This document shows, piece after piece, positions 25,901-39,300 of a stretch of 60,000 nt of DNA. Position numbers and translations under genes: made by a program. Within the stretch, counting starts at the first letter, position 1; the number at the start of each line of letters is the position of its first letter. Where the stretch lies: the NCBI RefSeq assembly GCF_018350175.1, contig NC_058369.1, positions 312,001 through 372,000 of the forward strand. Direction: 5' to 3'. The stretch comes from Felis catus. Taxonomy: Eukaryota. Below the pieces are notes generated by a model, which worked only from the letters and a program-made list of their open reading frames with translations, was not told where the DNA came from and did no database searches.

Positions 25901-28328
25901 GTGGGGCCGAGGGCGAGTGGTGGACGCGCGCGCGGCGACTGAGTCCGGGGCTAACTCCTCCCTGAGCCTCTGGAGGACTGGCCACACTGGCCACCCCTCT
26001 GCAGCAAGGTGGAGCGGCCTGGGTCAGGCGGGGTGGGTCCTCCTGCGGGGTGGGTCCTCCTACGGGCTGAGAGGCTCAGGCAGCTCACTCCACCTCTAGT
26101 TGGGAAAAGGAAATGAAAGTATTTCCTAGCGGACGATTAAAAAGTTACAACAGGGAAGTGTGCAGGGAGGTGGCCAATGCATGGTCAGGCTGCCTAGGGT
26201 GAAGAGACAGCTTCGGCTCAGGGCAGGCCCTGGGGAGACGCAGGGTTTCTCTGGAGGCTGCATCTGGGAAGGGGGGAGGGGTCCGGGATGAGACGACCCT
26301 TGAGAGGTGACCGCGACAATTCAGGGGAAGGACCTTGCAGGGACAGGGTTTCCCCTAGGGGCTGGAGGCTGGGCAGGGCCTGGCAGGGGAAGGGGAGGAA
26401 GAGGCCTGCGGTTCCTCCCCTAATTAAAGAGGAGGGTGGGCAAGAAGCCTTGGGGCTGGGGAGCGTGACCCCACCACAGGGCAGGAGGCACGCTCTGATG
26501 TGAATATCATCAGGCCAGAGTAAGCCGTTTCAGTCCTGCCTCCGAGCTCCCTGTGGTCCGACCTCCCTGTGGGCCAGGCCAGGCTCCAGGCCACCCAGCT
26601 GGGGCAGGGGCGGGGCTCCAGCTTGGAGGGGTTGGGGGCAGCCTGTTGGATTGGTCCTCCAGTCCCAGCTCTAACAGACGTCTAGAGAATGGGTCAGAGA
26701 AGCTGGGAGGCCTATGCGGGATGGAGACAGGGTGAATCCTGCAAGCCCACTCCCTCGACCCCGGCCCTGCCCCCCAGCTTACTGTTTTTGTAATCCAGGC
26801 ATGAATAAACACACACATGAACAAATATTCCAAAACTATTAACCATTTCCGTTTGAAACACAGGGGAAAGCCCACAGGGAGGCAAGGGGGGACTGGCCTG
26901 GTCCTGTGTTTTCATTTTGACAAAAGAGTAAACAGGCACCGTATCAACAGCCCTCCCCCCCCCCCCCCCCCCCCCCCCCCCCGCAATCTGATCTGAAATG
27001 AGGAAGGGGGCCCCAGCAGGCCCCCTCCCAGGGGTCCGGGAGGCCAGTCCCCTCCACCTGTCTGGCTTCTCCCTCCCTTGCTCCTGCCACTGAGAAGATC
27101 ATGTTTTCAAAACTCTCAAACAGATACAAGGTGATCACACACCCACTCTCACCCTAAATCATTAATGAGGAAGCAGCTGGCAGGCAAGGCTGGGATGGGA
27201 TAAAGGGCAGCAAATGTAAAAGAAACAGGAGACCGACCTGCTCCTACGTACATACGTGCTGGGGCACCCCCAGAGCCTCCCCTGAGGCCCTGGCCCAGTC
27301 ACGAAACATCTAATTCATACACGCTGGGGCCTCTGGAGTCGGGAATGCATGTGTGTTGTAGGCCTCCCCGCTTGTGGATTGTCCAAGTGTGGTAATCAGT
27401 GTGGGTTCTCATCGGAGCCCCTGCCCCCATCCCCTTCACGTGTGCCCTCTCCCCTTCCAGCAATCAGCAGGACTCAGGGGCTGGCCTGAGACACTGGGGG
27501 CCTCATCTCAGCCACGGACACCTCCCTCGGTGGTCTCTTGGCCACCTTGCCAGTGTTTTCTATCTAACACTGGATTTTCTACCTAATATGAATTCTAATT
27601 TACTTCAAGGAGCTCCAATGCACTGTGGAAATGAGGGATGTTACCCTCAACCTTCCCAGAAGAAAACATTGGGGAAGCTGTTCTAATGAGGGGCCTTGGC
27701 AAAGGCCCTGGGGCAGGGGTGTGAAGGAGAGAGTAGTGTCATTTAGGGAGGAGTCTCCAGAAGGGACGAGCCAAATACTGGAGGCCTGTGTAAATTAGGC
27801 CAGAACCAGACAGGTGGCCGGCCGTGTGGGGCCTGCTGGACTGGGCTGGGTCTTTCACCCTGAGCAAGGCAGGACCCCTGGGAGGGCTGTGATTGGAAGT
27901 GGGTTTTAACACAATTCTGACAGTGTAGACACTCCAGCAGCGTCAGCTGCCCTCTTCTCCCCCTGGGCTGTGACACTCCGGCGTCTCCCTCCCTCCCCAC
28001 TGCCGTCAAGGAGGGGCCACCCTTGGCACCCCTCCCGAGAGAAGGAAGATGAGCAGCTAGCTCTGCGGTACCCAGAGCACAGCTCAAATGGCAGCTCCGG
28101 ACGAGCAAATCCACGGGAATGTGTCAGAGATTCTCCTAAATCCACCGGGACATTCCTGATTAGCGATTCTGGGGCTACAGATGGCCTTGCGTGCGGGAGG
28201 ACGGAGGCCCCCGTGGAAATGCGCGGCAGCTCTCTGGCACTGGCGTTGGGTGGGCTGCGGCCCTGGAGCTGGCGCTGTCCCCCGACTCCCAGCACTGCTG
28301 CTTGCTGGCCAGACCCAACGAATGTCAT

Positions 28329-28341
28329 TCTCTCTCTCTCT

Positions 28342-28393
<52 letters not shown>
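28329..28393. repeat. (CT)n microsatellite
   Basis: Directly visible. Confidence 0.95.
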
Positions 28394-28397
<4 letters not shown>

Positions 28398-28899
28398 GTC
28401 ACCCGCCACTCCGAAGGCCCCTTTCTCAGCATGCACAGATACCAGTCACACCGGTGTCCTTCACCTACTGAGCATCAACTCAGCGGCGAGTACTGCGCCA
28501 AGCCCACCATGCGCAGGGTCTCCTGAGTGCTTCCCTCTCTGGTCCCGTGCGCCCCCCACCGCGCTGACCTAAGGGTTACCCCTGTCACGCACAACCATGT
28601 ACAACTCTTGCCAACATCTCTCAGGAAAATGTTTAGGATGTTCTTTGGCTGCTGAGATGGAGATGCGTCCCTGCCTGGATGCCCCATGACAGCGAGACTG
28701 TGCTGTGTGCGTCCGGGGCTCAGTTCCCCGGTGGGCAGGGGCCGCCTTGCTCCACGGACCTCAGTTTCCCCATCCCTGCAGCCGGGGCACAGGGCTGCGG
28801 TCGGGCTTGGCTGCTCTGGGGGTGAACAAAGGACGCCCGCACGCTCGGAGGTCAGCAGTGGACACGGAGTCCTAGCTAGTCTGGGACGCGTTAAGCGGC

Positions 28900-30350
28900 C
28901 TCTAGTTCCCCGCGTGCTAACCTAAAAATGAGGTCTCCTTTTGAATCAGGCTTTTCGGCCACGTGCCCAAAAGCAAGATGGAGCCCCGTAGGTTCTCTGC
29001 CCGACCCAAAGATGGCGACACAGCTCCCTCTACCCTCAGGCCCAGGGACGGCCGCTGCCCGTTTGCAAGATGGCGGCAGCCTGGTAGAAAGCACGCTTCC
29101 CGTGGCCGGACTCGCCACGTACCCACTCTCAAGATGGCTTCTCCCGCAAAGCCCCACGCAGGAGCGCAGCTAGCTTACTGGCTCAAGCTCCGTGACGTGA
29201 TCCCGCCTTTTCTCCCCTCCCCCCGTCTCCACGGGTCGTTTCCGTCTCGAGCCCCGACGGACGGCCGCCTTCTCCAATGGTCGCCTGCCATCCCTCTTGG
29301 CTCCACCCCTCGAGCCACCTCCTAGCCATTGCGAGGCGCTGGCAGGGCCCCGCGGCGCCCGCCCCGCCCCCTCTCCGTGGCGGGAGCCAATGGGCAGAGC
29401 GCGCGGGGGACGTGTTCGGGCGTCTCCGCCATTTTGTGAGTCTATAACTCGGAGCCGTTGGGTCGGTTCCTGCTATTCCGGCGCCTCCACTCCGTCCCCT
29501 GCGGGTCTCCTCTGTGTGCAATGGACGGGTAAGTACTGCTTCTCCGCGGTTTCCGACGACCTCCCGGCGATCCAGCTTTCCCCTCGCCGCCGCCCGGGTC
29601 TCCTCGGGGCCGTGGCCCGCGCGTCGCTCCTCCTCCGCCCGAGTTCGCGGGCGCCTCCGGGGTCCCTCCCTTCCCTGAGCCTGGGGTGCGTGCGGGGGGC
29701 AGGCTGCCGGAGGCGGCGGGGGGGGGGAGGGAAGCGCCAGGCGGGCAGTGCCCCCTGGGCTTAGAAGAGTGGTGCAGGCCAAGCCCTCGAGCCCTGCTCG
29801 TTTCCGGCCTCCGCGCGCCTCAACCCGAACGCACGCGGCAGTCGTGAGGCCCTTCCCGCTTCCCGTCCATGTCCCGCGCGCACGCGCCAGTGTTCGCGCG
29901 CCCCGTGTGAGCCTTCCAGCTCCCCGTACCCCCCCGCTGCGCGTGCCCCGTGTGGCCCTTCCCGTTCCCCGTCGAGCCCCCGCGCTTGCGTGCGCAGCTC
30001 TTCGCGCCCCTGTCGGGCTTTGCGCGTGCGCGGTCTTTCCCGCCGCGCGGACTCTGCCCTCGCCCCCCTCCAGCTCCCCCCCCCCCCCCCCCAGCCCGCC
30101 GCGGGCCCAGGCGCGGCCCGGAGACGCCGCCCTCCTGCCCGGAAGGGCGCGGGCCCTCCTCCGCCCCCGCCGGCCGCCCGGCCCCTCCCCGGCTACCCAC
30201 AAAGGATGGCCGCGCGCCCGAGCCGGGGGCCGGGGAGGGGCCCGTCCGCCCCCCTTTGTTCCCGCCTGCGGGGCGCCCCGGGCCGGCGGTTCCCCGAGCC
30301 GGAGCCGACGGCGGAGACCGGGCCTGCCCGCGGCGCCGAGAACTGTTCTC
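28900..30350 (+). promoter_or_regulatory. PTBP1: PTBP1 CpG-island promoter and first intron
   Basis: Dense CpG; E-box CACGTG 28960-28965, CRE-like TGACGTGA ~29193, CCAAT boxes, GC box ~29362, YY1 motif CCGCCATTTT 29426-29435. Confidence 0.85.
29521..29528 (+). CDS. PTBP1: PTBP1 exon 1 coding part (ATGGACGG); 5'UTR from ~29415
   Basis: ATGGACGG|gtaagt, preceded by the typical PTBP1 5'UTR (CGCCATTTTGTGAGTCTATAACTCGG...). Confidence 0.93.
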
Positions 30351-33300
30351 AGATGTTAGGTTTCTGGTCTTGGGGGAGAAATGCCAGGACCTGCGGAAAA
30401 TGAAGTTCGCTTCAAAGTGTGACTTCCATCCCGCGTGTCCGGGGGACCGTTTGTCGTATCCCCGTGGGCGAGGGGGAGGTGCCACTTCTATTAAAGTTTG
30501 AGGCTTCCCAAGAATTCTGCTTAACTTTGTTTGATAGTGGGCTTCGAGCCCTCCTTCCTCCCCGTCTGGCCCTCGGGGCGGGGCGAGCTGGTTAAAATGC
30601 CTGGAGGGTCACGTGCCTCGTGTGCCTCGGGCCTGAAATGATAGGTTTTGGGCGGAATCTAATCCAGCCCCTTAGAAAGATTGCTGCGGCGTGGTGGGCA
30701 TGATCTCGCGGTCCGTCCTCCATGTTGCCTGGGATGGACCTCCCCCTGGGACCCCCTCCCCAGCGAGCCAGCTGGTGGGGGGACGTGTTCCCCGGGCGGG
30801 GTCGCGGTCTGGAGTCTCGGGAAACGGCGCTCCGAGGCCGCGTGCCGGTTCGGCGGGCCGCCAGGGCTCAGATTCCGCGTGAGGAAAGGCCGGCCTCCGT
30901 GAAACACTTCCTGTGGGAGCGTCGTCGCCCCCCCCCCCCCCCCCCCGGGGGACTAGGAGGCCGCGAGTCGCCCTGGGTTAGTGGCCGGGAAGCTGCATGC
31001 TTTTCATTCTTTCGGTTTTTCTGGGAAGTTTTTTCTTGGCTCACTAGGGTTTTTAAGAACGTGTTGCTGTCGGGGTGTGAGGTGTTTTTTGTTCTTTTTT
31101 TTTAACGGTGAGGAGGCAAAGGTCCTGCCTCGAGGGGAATGATGGCAAGACAGCAGGTCACAGCTGCAGGCAGCAGGACTAGGCCAGTGCTTTGGGGTCC
31201 CGACACCCCAGGGTTTGGGTCCTGGGAGTTGCCTCCCGGAGGGCAGGAACCAGGGGCTCCCAGCTGGACAGGGAGGCTGGCCTTTGTGCAGGGAGGGGGT
31301 GCGCGTGGCTGCCCCAGGGCCTGCCGCGGGGTCTGGGACCACCTGTCCTCGGCCAGGTGACGGGGGCCATCGTGTGCTGAGGCGGGTGGCCCGGTGGGGG
31401 GCGTTGCTGACTCAGTTCCCTTTCTGGACGGATGCTCCGTGAGTCACTTAGGACCTCGCTGGTTCACGGTTGCCGCGCACCAGCCCTTGGAGAGGGTTTC
31501 GCCGTGCTGTTCTAGGAGCTGGCGCGCAGCTGAGGCGCACGGGGCTGCGGGGACCCTCAGGTAGCCCTGCTTCCGTCCAGCCCCCGAGGCGGGAGAAAGT
31601 CCGGTCACGCGGAGCCAGGTTGATAAGTAACCTGTGTTAGTGTTATCTGTTCACTGGAGCCGAGCTGCCACCTTCCCGGGAACCTTCCATGCGTGGGACG
31701 TGGAGTCCCCTGTCTTCCCCTTGGAGCCAAAGCTCTGACCTGGGGCCTGAGAGCTGCCTTTTCTGTGGCCCCGTCCCTGCTCAGAAATGTTCCTAAGCGC
31801 TTCCAGTGTTTAGAAAGCAGACAACAGCACTTGAACCTCAGTAACAACGTCAAGGGTCCCTCCTGGGGCTTTTGAAGGGGGCAGCTTTGTCCTCGGACAG
31901 GTCCAGAGGCGGGGCCTGGGGTCCTGCTGGGAGGGAGGGGGCTGGAAGACAATGGTGGCTCCTTTTCAAGTTGAGATTAGTTGGACGACGGCTCACTTCC
32001 CTGCCTGAAGGGTTCCAGTGGGGGTGGGGGTGTGCAGTCAGCAGCGAGCCACGCCGGTGGCCATGGGGAACTCCCGACACCCTAGTGGCAGGGGCTGTGG
32101 GCTTTCCCCACCCCTGGGACAGTGGGGACACCGGCAGTGCACCTGGCTAACAGCTTTCTTCTTTCTCTCTCTGCAGCATCGTCCCAGACATAGCAGTTGG
32201 TACAAAGGTAGGTACTTCCGGCTCAGCCTGAGTTTGTGCTCGCTCGTGGCCTGGGCCCATCTGCCCGCGCCACCACTGACTCCGGTGCTCCCGAGGCTTC
32301 CAGGCTGCAGGCCCTGTCCTCTGCCCAGTGGGGTTGACGGGGGCGTCTGCCCCAGAAAGTTCTGAGTGCCCTTGGTTTGATGTGGGAAAAGTCAAGATCT
32401 GGTTACGCTCCAAGCCCTTTGTGGAGTGGGGGGTGAGATTGGAGGGGGTATGGGGGCTCTGGGGCAGTTTGGGGTTACTTCTGATGGCGTCGTGGTTTGG
32501 GTAGTTGTTTTGAGAAATTCTGGTGTTTGTGAGCTGAGGGACACCGAGAGCGCTGTGTCCCTTCTGTGCGGAAGGTGTTAGTTCTCAACGCCAGTGGCAA
32601 GAAAGGTAGACGAAGGAACACAGAGTGGTCTCCACGGGAAGTTGGGGGGCCCCGTGCTTCTCCCTCCCGGTTGCAGGCCAGGCATGTGCACGCGCAGGGA
32701 TGTGGCCTCCAGGGGAACCCTGGGCCCGATGATCAGTAAGCACTGCCGGTCAGTTGGTCACCTCCTGGGCTCCGTGCTGGGAGGTGGGGGAGTCTCCTCG
32801 GGCCATGGCTCCTGGGCTCCCTGCAGGTGGCTCAAGTGACCTGAGCAGGCAGCCAGCTGGTTTCTGGTCAGTCGGCAGCCGTGCCTGGGCTGGGTTTCAC
32901 TTTTCCCAAGTGGATTCTTGTCTTCACACGCTGCCTGTCCTGATCATCCTGCAGATAAAACCTGTTTGTCAGGTGGTGAGAGGGGAGAGGGACCGTCGTC
33001 TGAGGGGGTTGTAACGATCCCAGAAAACGCCTGGGTTGCAGACTGTCCTTCCCTTACTGTGGGAGCCGCTTTCCAGCCGGAACAGCTCTAGCATGGCTGT
33101 TGTCGGAACGGTCTCCTTCTGGCCATCCTGTTCCCAGGAGACCTGTGCTTCCAGAATCCCACCTGCACAGACAGAAGCTCCTGGGGGGTGTGGGCAGGGG
33201 CTTCCTGCCAGTACAGCCCCCCTGAACCTGCACCCCCGGCCCACTGGGAGGGCAGTGTGGTTCTTCCTGGGTTTAGAAGCGGCTAGGCGGGGAGTGAGTG

Positions 33301-36300
33301 GCGTCCAGGTGTCAGGGATACTTGGTGTTCGGGGGAAGGAAAGGTTGTGCTGCCGTGTGCTGTCCCGCGCTGTGTCCAGTAGCAAGTACATGCTTGAGGG
33401 TTGCTTTCTCTCGAAGCGTAGTTGACTTGAGGGCTGATGCCCAGCGGCCTCCCCGAGCGTGGGGTGGGAAGAACTGCTGGAGGCAGTTGGGTGGTCCCTG
33501 GGCCTGGCCCGGCTGTGCCCCAGTCACAAGGCCTGTGGTGTTCTGGTGCCTGAGGTTCTGCCCTGCGAAACATCTGCGCCTCTTTAGCTGGGGGTCCGTG
33601 CGTGTCCCCGCGCTGTGTGTGTGTGTGTGGGGGGGGGTCTGTGTCCTGGGAGAGGAGCAGAGGAGCAGGCAAGGGAGCACGATGCCCACAGAGACGCGGA
33701 TGCAGCCGCTCATGGGAGTCCCGGTCCCACCTATTGCTGGTCCTCAGCAGGGGCCAAGACGCCCTTGTGAGGGTTGTGTGGCCGGCAGATGGGGGCAGGT
33801 CAGGGCCCGGGCCCCTGAGTCCCGAGGCAGTAAGGGGCTGTCCTGTGGCTCTGACAGGTAGGATGTGGACAGGCCTGCCTGGAGTCCCTGCCGGCTTTTC
33901 TCTTGGCCTCCGTGACTCGGGAGGCTTGGGGTGTGATAGGCTGCAGCTGGCTGGTGGTTAACGCTTCCCTTTACCGTGCCAGACCTCAGCCTGGAAGGGA
34001 GTCTGACTGTCCTCTTCCTGAGCCACGGCGGCTCCTCAGGTGGAGCCACGCGGGTCCTCCCTCGGATCTGTGGATGCTGGGCTCCAGGGCTCTGGGCTGT
34101 GGGGGACCTGTGTGGGTTCCTGCCTGTCCAGGGGTTTGGGTTTGGGGACAGGCCCACATTAGCCGTCCCAGTAGCTGGGGCAGCCGGTTCCCGGTCCTTG
34201 TCCCAAAGGGCAGTTTGTAAACCTCTAGCTTCCTTCGGCCGCTGTCATCAGCTGCAGGGCTGGGAGGTTCTGGAGGGTTTGGGGCACCGGGTGCTGTGCG
34301 CTCATGTTTGCAGGCAGCTCAGCAGAGGAGCGAAGATACGGTGTCCTTGAGGAGGAAGCACGTGGAGAAGGGGGAGGCCCGGGGGCCCAGATGGGCTGCT
34401 CTTTCCCCTTCTGCCAGGGCAGCCGAGGCCCCGAGACCCTCTCTGGCTGCGGGTTTTGAATCCAGGGAATCTGAGGGGTTACTTGTGGTTCCTGGTGGCG
34501 CGGTCCTAAAGCCCGTGAGCCTCGAGCGGCGGGAGTGTGCGGCCGGAGCTGGGTCCTTGGGCCCGCGGGGCCCCCAACTGAGGAGTGCTGGTCCCCTGCG
34601 GTTCCTCACCTTGTGTAGGCTGGTTCTGCCCTCAGGCCTCACCTGGCAGCAGGGACGCCTCGTGGTGTCTGGACCCAGGGTCGGTCTCACGTGGTGCTGG
34701 GGGGTTGACTCCAGTACTTGGAGCCCAGCACGTGGCAAGAGAGAGGGGCAGGTCACAAGTCCCAGGGAGCCGGGGTCCCCGCCCCTCACTGCACAGCGCC
34801 GCCCACAGCACGGAGGGAGAGCAGGTAGTATTTCCGTCCGACAGCGACTAGAGCAAGGCTCAGGTTTCCTTAGACGCCTGGAAAATAGGCCAGGGCCCTG
34901 TGGCTGAGCAGGTGGCTGCGTTGCGACAAGGGGGCTTTGTTCCTCGAGTCTGCCAGCGGCCCCGTGGTCATCGAAGACGGTCCCACGGTCTTGACGTGGG
35001 CAGGGCTACAGCCGAGCTCTCTAGGACAGCCGGGCCGGGCTCAGCCCCGTGTGGCTATTGGCGCGAGGCCCTGTGTGCGCGGGAAGGTCCTGCAGAGCGT
35101 GGGGTGGACGTGACGCGTGAACGCGCGCCATAGGCGTTGGGCCCCCCGCCCCTGCTTTGTCGAGGAGCAGTGTGTCTTGGGATTAGGATCGCGAGGACAT
35201 CGCGGGGGAGAAATGGTCAGTTTGGCGTGCGGTCTTTTCTCAAGAGCAGGTCACACAGGAGAGGTGGACACGGGTGTTGGGGAGGGCGTCTGGTCTTCTG
35301 CTCTGCTCCACACACCCCGTTTCTTTCAGCGGGGATCCGACGAGCTCTTCTCTGCCTGTGTCACTAACGGACCCTTTATCATGAGCAGCAACTCGGCTTC
35401 TGCAGGTAACTCTGCGCGCAGTCCCCGGTCCCCTGGCTGCGGGTGGGCGGGGGACATCGGCTGGCGGCCTCCTGGAGTCGCGGAGGAAGCTGGTTCCGGG
35501 CACAGGGTTTTTCGAGTGTGGACGGTGCTTTATACCTTACACACCGCTTTTCCGTCAGCAAATGGGAACGACAGTAAGAAGTTCAAGGGTGACAACAGGA
35601 GTGCAGGTGTTCCCTCCAGAGTGATCCACATCCGGAAGCTTCCCAGTGACGTCACCGAGGGCGAGGTCATTTCTCTGGGGCTGCCCTTCGGGAAGGTCAC
35701 CAATCTCCTGATGCTGAAAGGGAAAAATCAGGTATCTGCTGATAGCCAGGCAAGTGCCCTTCCTGGGAAGGCTCAGGAATCCGGGCCTGGCTCACGCTCC
35801 TGTCCTGCCAGGCTTTCATCGAGATGAACACAGAGGAGGCCGCCAACACCATGGTGAACTACTACACGTCCGTGACCCCTGTGCTGCGCGGCCAGCCCAT
35901 CTACATCCAGTTCTCCAACCACAAGGAGCTCAAGACGGACAGCTCACCCAACCAGGCGGTGCGTTGCCGGGCCTGGGGCGCGGTGGGGTGGAGTTGGGGA
36001 GAGAGTAGCCGGCCATAACTCTCCCCCCTCCCCCCTCCCCCCACAGCGGGCCCAGGCGGCGCTGCAGGCGGTGAACTCGGTGCAGTCGGGAAACTTGGCC
36101 CTGGCCGCCTCGGCTGCCGCGGTGGACGCGGGGATGGCCATGGCTGGCCAGAGCCCGGTGCTCCGGATCATCGTGGAGAACCTCTTCTACCCGGTGACCT
36201 TGGACGTGCTCCACCAGGTGAGGTGGCTGGGGGCGTGCGGCCGCCCCTGGTCCTGTTGCCGACCGTGGGGTTCCCTGGGCGGAGGTCGGGACCACTCTTT

Positions 36301-39300
36301 TGTCTTGCAGATCTTCTCCAAGTTTGGCACGGTTCTGAAAATCATCACGTTTACCAAGAACAACCAGTTTCAAGCCCTGCTGCAGTACGCCGACCCTGTG
36401 AGCGCGCAGCACGCCAAGCTGGTGAGTAGGGTCCCCGGGATGCCTCCCTGGCCGGCCCCCCGGCCCCCAGCGCCTCACGGCTTGTCTCCTTGCAGTCGCT
36501 AGACGGGCAGAACATCTACAACGCTTGCTGTACCCTCCGTATCGACTTCTCCAAGCTCACCAGCCTCAACGTCAAGTATAACAACGACAAGAGTCGTGAC
36601 TACACACGCCCTGACCTGCCCTCCGGGGACAGCCAGCCTTCGCTAGACCAGACCATGGCTGCTGCCTTCGGTAAGACGCCCGGCAAGGTGCCCAGGACCA
36701 CCGTGTGCCGTGGGAGGCGAGGATGTGTACGTAGCTCAGTGTCCGTGCCCCAGGCACCCCGTGACGCCGACTCTGTGCCCAGGGAGGTTGGTGCCTGTTG
36801 CTCCTTAGATGGCCAGCACGGCACCCGGCCCAGACTGCCCACTGGGTGTGGGGTCACGCACACACACAGCCCTTGCTCGCGGCGGAGGTGGTGGGTGCGA
36901 TGATTAGTGTCTCATTTGTTTCTAGGTGCGCCTGGTATAATGTCAGCCTCTCCGTATGCAGGAGCTGGTTTCCCTCCCACCTTTGCAATTCCTCAAGCTG
37001 CAGGTACTCAAACACTTGACCTTGGTCCCCACCGTCGATCGTGCATGCCCACACACCTTTCCAGTAGCTGTGCTTCCACGGGCAGCTGACGTGGGCTCGG
37101 TCTCGGGGGGAGCCCGCCTCCCCGGGTGCGGGTCTCTGGGTTCCCTGAGGAGCCCGGACAGGGCAGTCTTAGGACAGGGCTGTGCAGAGAATCCGCTAAC
37201 CCCAGAGTCTCTGGTCTGGTTCCCTTAAAGCACCTCCCGGGCGAGGACGAGCGCGCACGGTGGTTGGAGGGATGTGTCCCTAGTAGATGAATTTAAGTGG
37301 CCCGGTAAGCAGAGCGGCATGAACCGGGGCGGGGGCACACCGGAGCGTCCCTCCCAGGGGGCCAGCCTGCCCTCCTGTGGCAGGCACGGGCCTGCTGCGT
37401 CCCGCCCGGGTGTCGTCTGCATGGTGACGGGCGCCTGCATGCGCGCACGGCCGAGGCCCGTCCGGGGCTCCGTCGTGCATCCACCGAGTGGAGCTTCTGT
37501 CCTGTTGGGCGCATGTAGATGGGGCCAAACCTGGCGGGCACGGTCTGTGCCACGAGGAGAGGCGGGAGGAGCCGGCGGGCCGCGCAAGTGGGCACCGGGC
37601 TGAGCACGGCCGCGGCCGCCTCCTGTGTTTCCTCCTGCGTGAAGACGGGCAGGACCTGCACTCGCCTCCCAGCAGGACCCCCGGCCCTGCTGCTCACATC
37701 CCGACCGCCCTTCCCTTTTCCAGGCCTCTCTGTTCCTAACGTGCACGGGGCCCTGGCTCCTCTGGCCATCCCATCAGCGGCGGCGGCGGCAGCGGCGGCG
37801 GGCCGGATCGCCATCCCCGGCCTGGCGGGGGCAGGAAACTCTGTCCTGCTGGTCAGCAACCTCAACCCCGAGGTACGTGCCTCTTCCCTCCAGGCTGTCG
37901 TTCCCAGAAGCACGAGCGGGGGTGTTACACTAGTGGGTCTTAGTGCAGAGGGGAGCGGGCTGAGCTCCTGTTGGCCCCAGGTGCCGGGGTCCCGCCGGTC
38001 CGCTCGCTGCCGCCGCCTCAGCGCTCAGTGTTCTCTCGTTTTCCTTTACGCCTCGGCTCACGTCTCCGATTCCGTAAGACGCAGGGTCGAGATACGCTTT
38101 GATACATGAAAGCAGTCCTTAAAATTTCCAGCCAGACACGACGCGGTCTGGACGCCCGCCGGGTGCCTTTGTCGGGGGGACGCTGCCCTGCAGCTGAGGT
38201 CCCCAGGATGGCGAAACCCGTGCCCGTCCCGGTGGCAGAGTTTGGCTCAGAGAGCGCTCGGGTGAGCTGAGAAGGGCTCACGGTCCCTCACTCTGGAAAG
38301 ATGGGACCGCCTTTAAGGAGCGTTTCAGACTGTCTCTCATCTGTCTGCCCCTCCTGTGATTTCCTGGCCCGGGGGCGGCCGGACCCTAGCGAAGCCTCCA
38401 CTAACAGACTCGCTCCGCCTCGTGCTTGTGTGAGCGTTGTTCGGGGGCCCGCCCGCCGCAGCGAGCAGGAGGCCAGGGCCCCTGGGAGCCGGGCCGCCGC
38501 CTGGGGGTCCCGGCCGCGCCCTCCTGCTGCTCGCTGCGGGGAGGGGGGCGCTTTCCTGCCTGTGTTTGCGAGGTGGACCTGTGACTTGTAATGTGTGTAG
38601 ATCTGGACTGATGGAGCACTCGTGTTTCTTATGTATTTACTGACCTGTGTTTTTTTGCTACTTTTTTTCTTTTCTCCCCTTCCCCTTTCCCAATTTTTTT
38701 TCTTGCCCTGATCCGGAATTTCTTTGCCAACTGACTGCACGGCACTTCTGCTTCCTGTTGTTGCTTGAAACAAAACAAAACATAAATAAATAAAAAACAA
38801 AATTCCCCCTCAAACCCTGCTCTCCGGAAACCAACCTGCCCTTGAATATTAACATCCTGACAACTTCATCATCCATCAACCTGCACGCCTGTGGGGCTGC
38901 CTCCTCGTGGTGGACGATTGGCAACTCGCCCCCTGACCTCTCCCTTTCCCTGTCCCTCGCTGCCTTGCTCTGCTGTCCTCTAAAGAGAGTCACACCCCAA
39001 AGCCTCTTTATTCTTTTCGGTATGTTATCATTCACACTTTTATTACCTTGTTTTCATTTAATTGAGGTTATTTTTTACGCCCTAAGATGTACTATGAGTT
39101 TGCAGTCGGGCATTCTGCCTCGTTACGTGGCTTGCCTTCGGTTTGCGTATTTATTCTGACTCGGTAGACGCATGGTTTATTGCCCTGCATGCTTTTCGAA
39201 GAGTTAAACGTGTTGGTAGCATGCTAAAGTGCCGGTTCTTGGCCGTGGACCTTTCCTGGAGTTTACGACCTCTCTGCTGAAGGTAGTTTTCTGGTACCGT

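Noticed and set aside
29183..30501. Long Arg/Gly/Pro-rich ORFs around PTBP1 exon 1
   Set aside because: CpG-island artefacts with no recognisable domains
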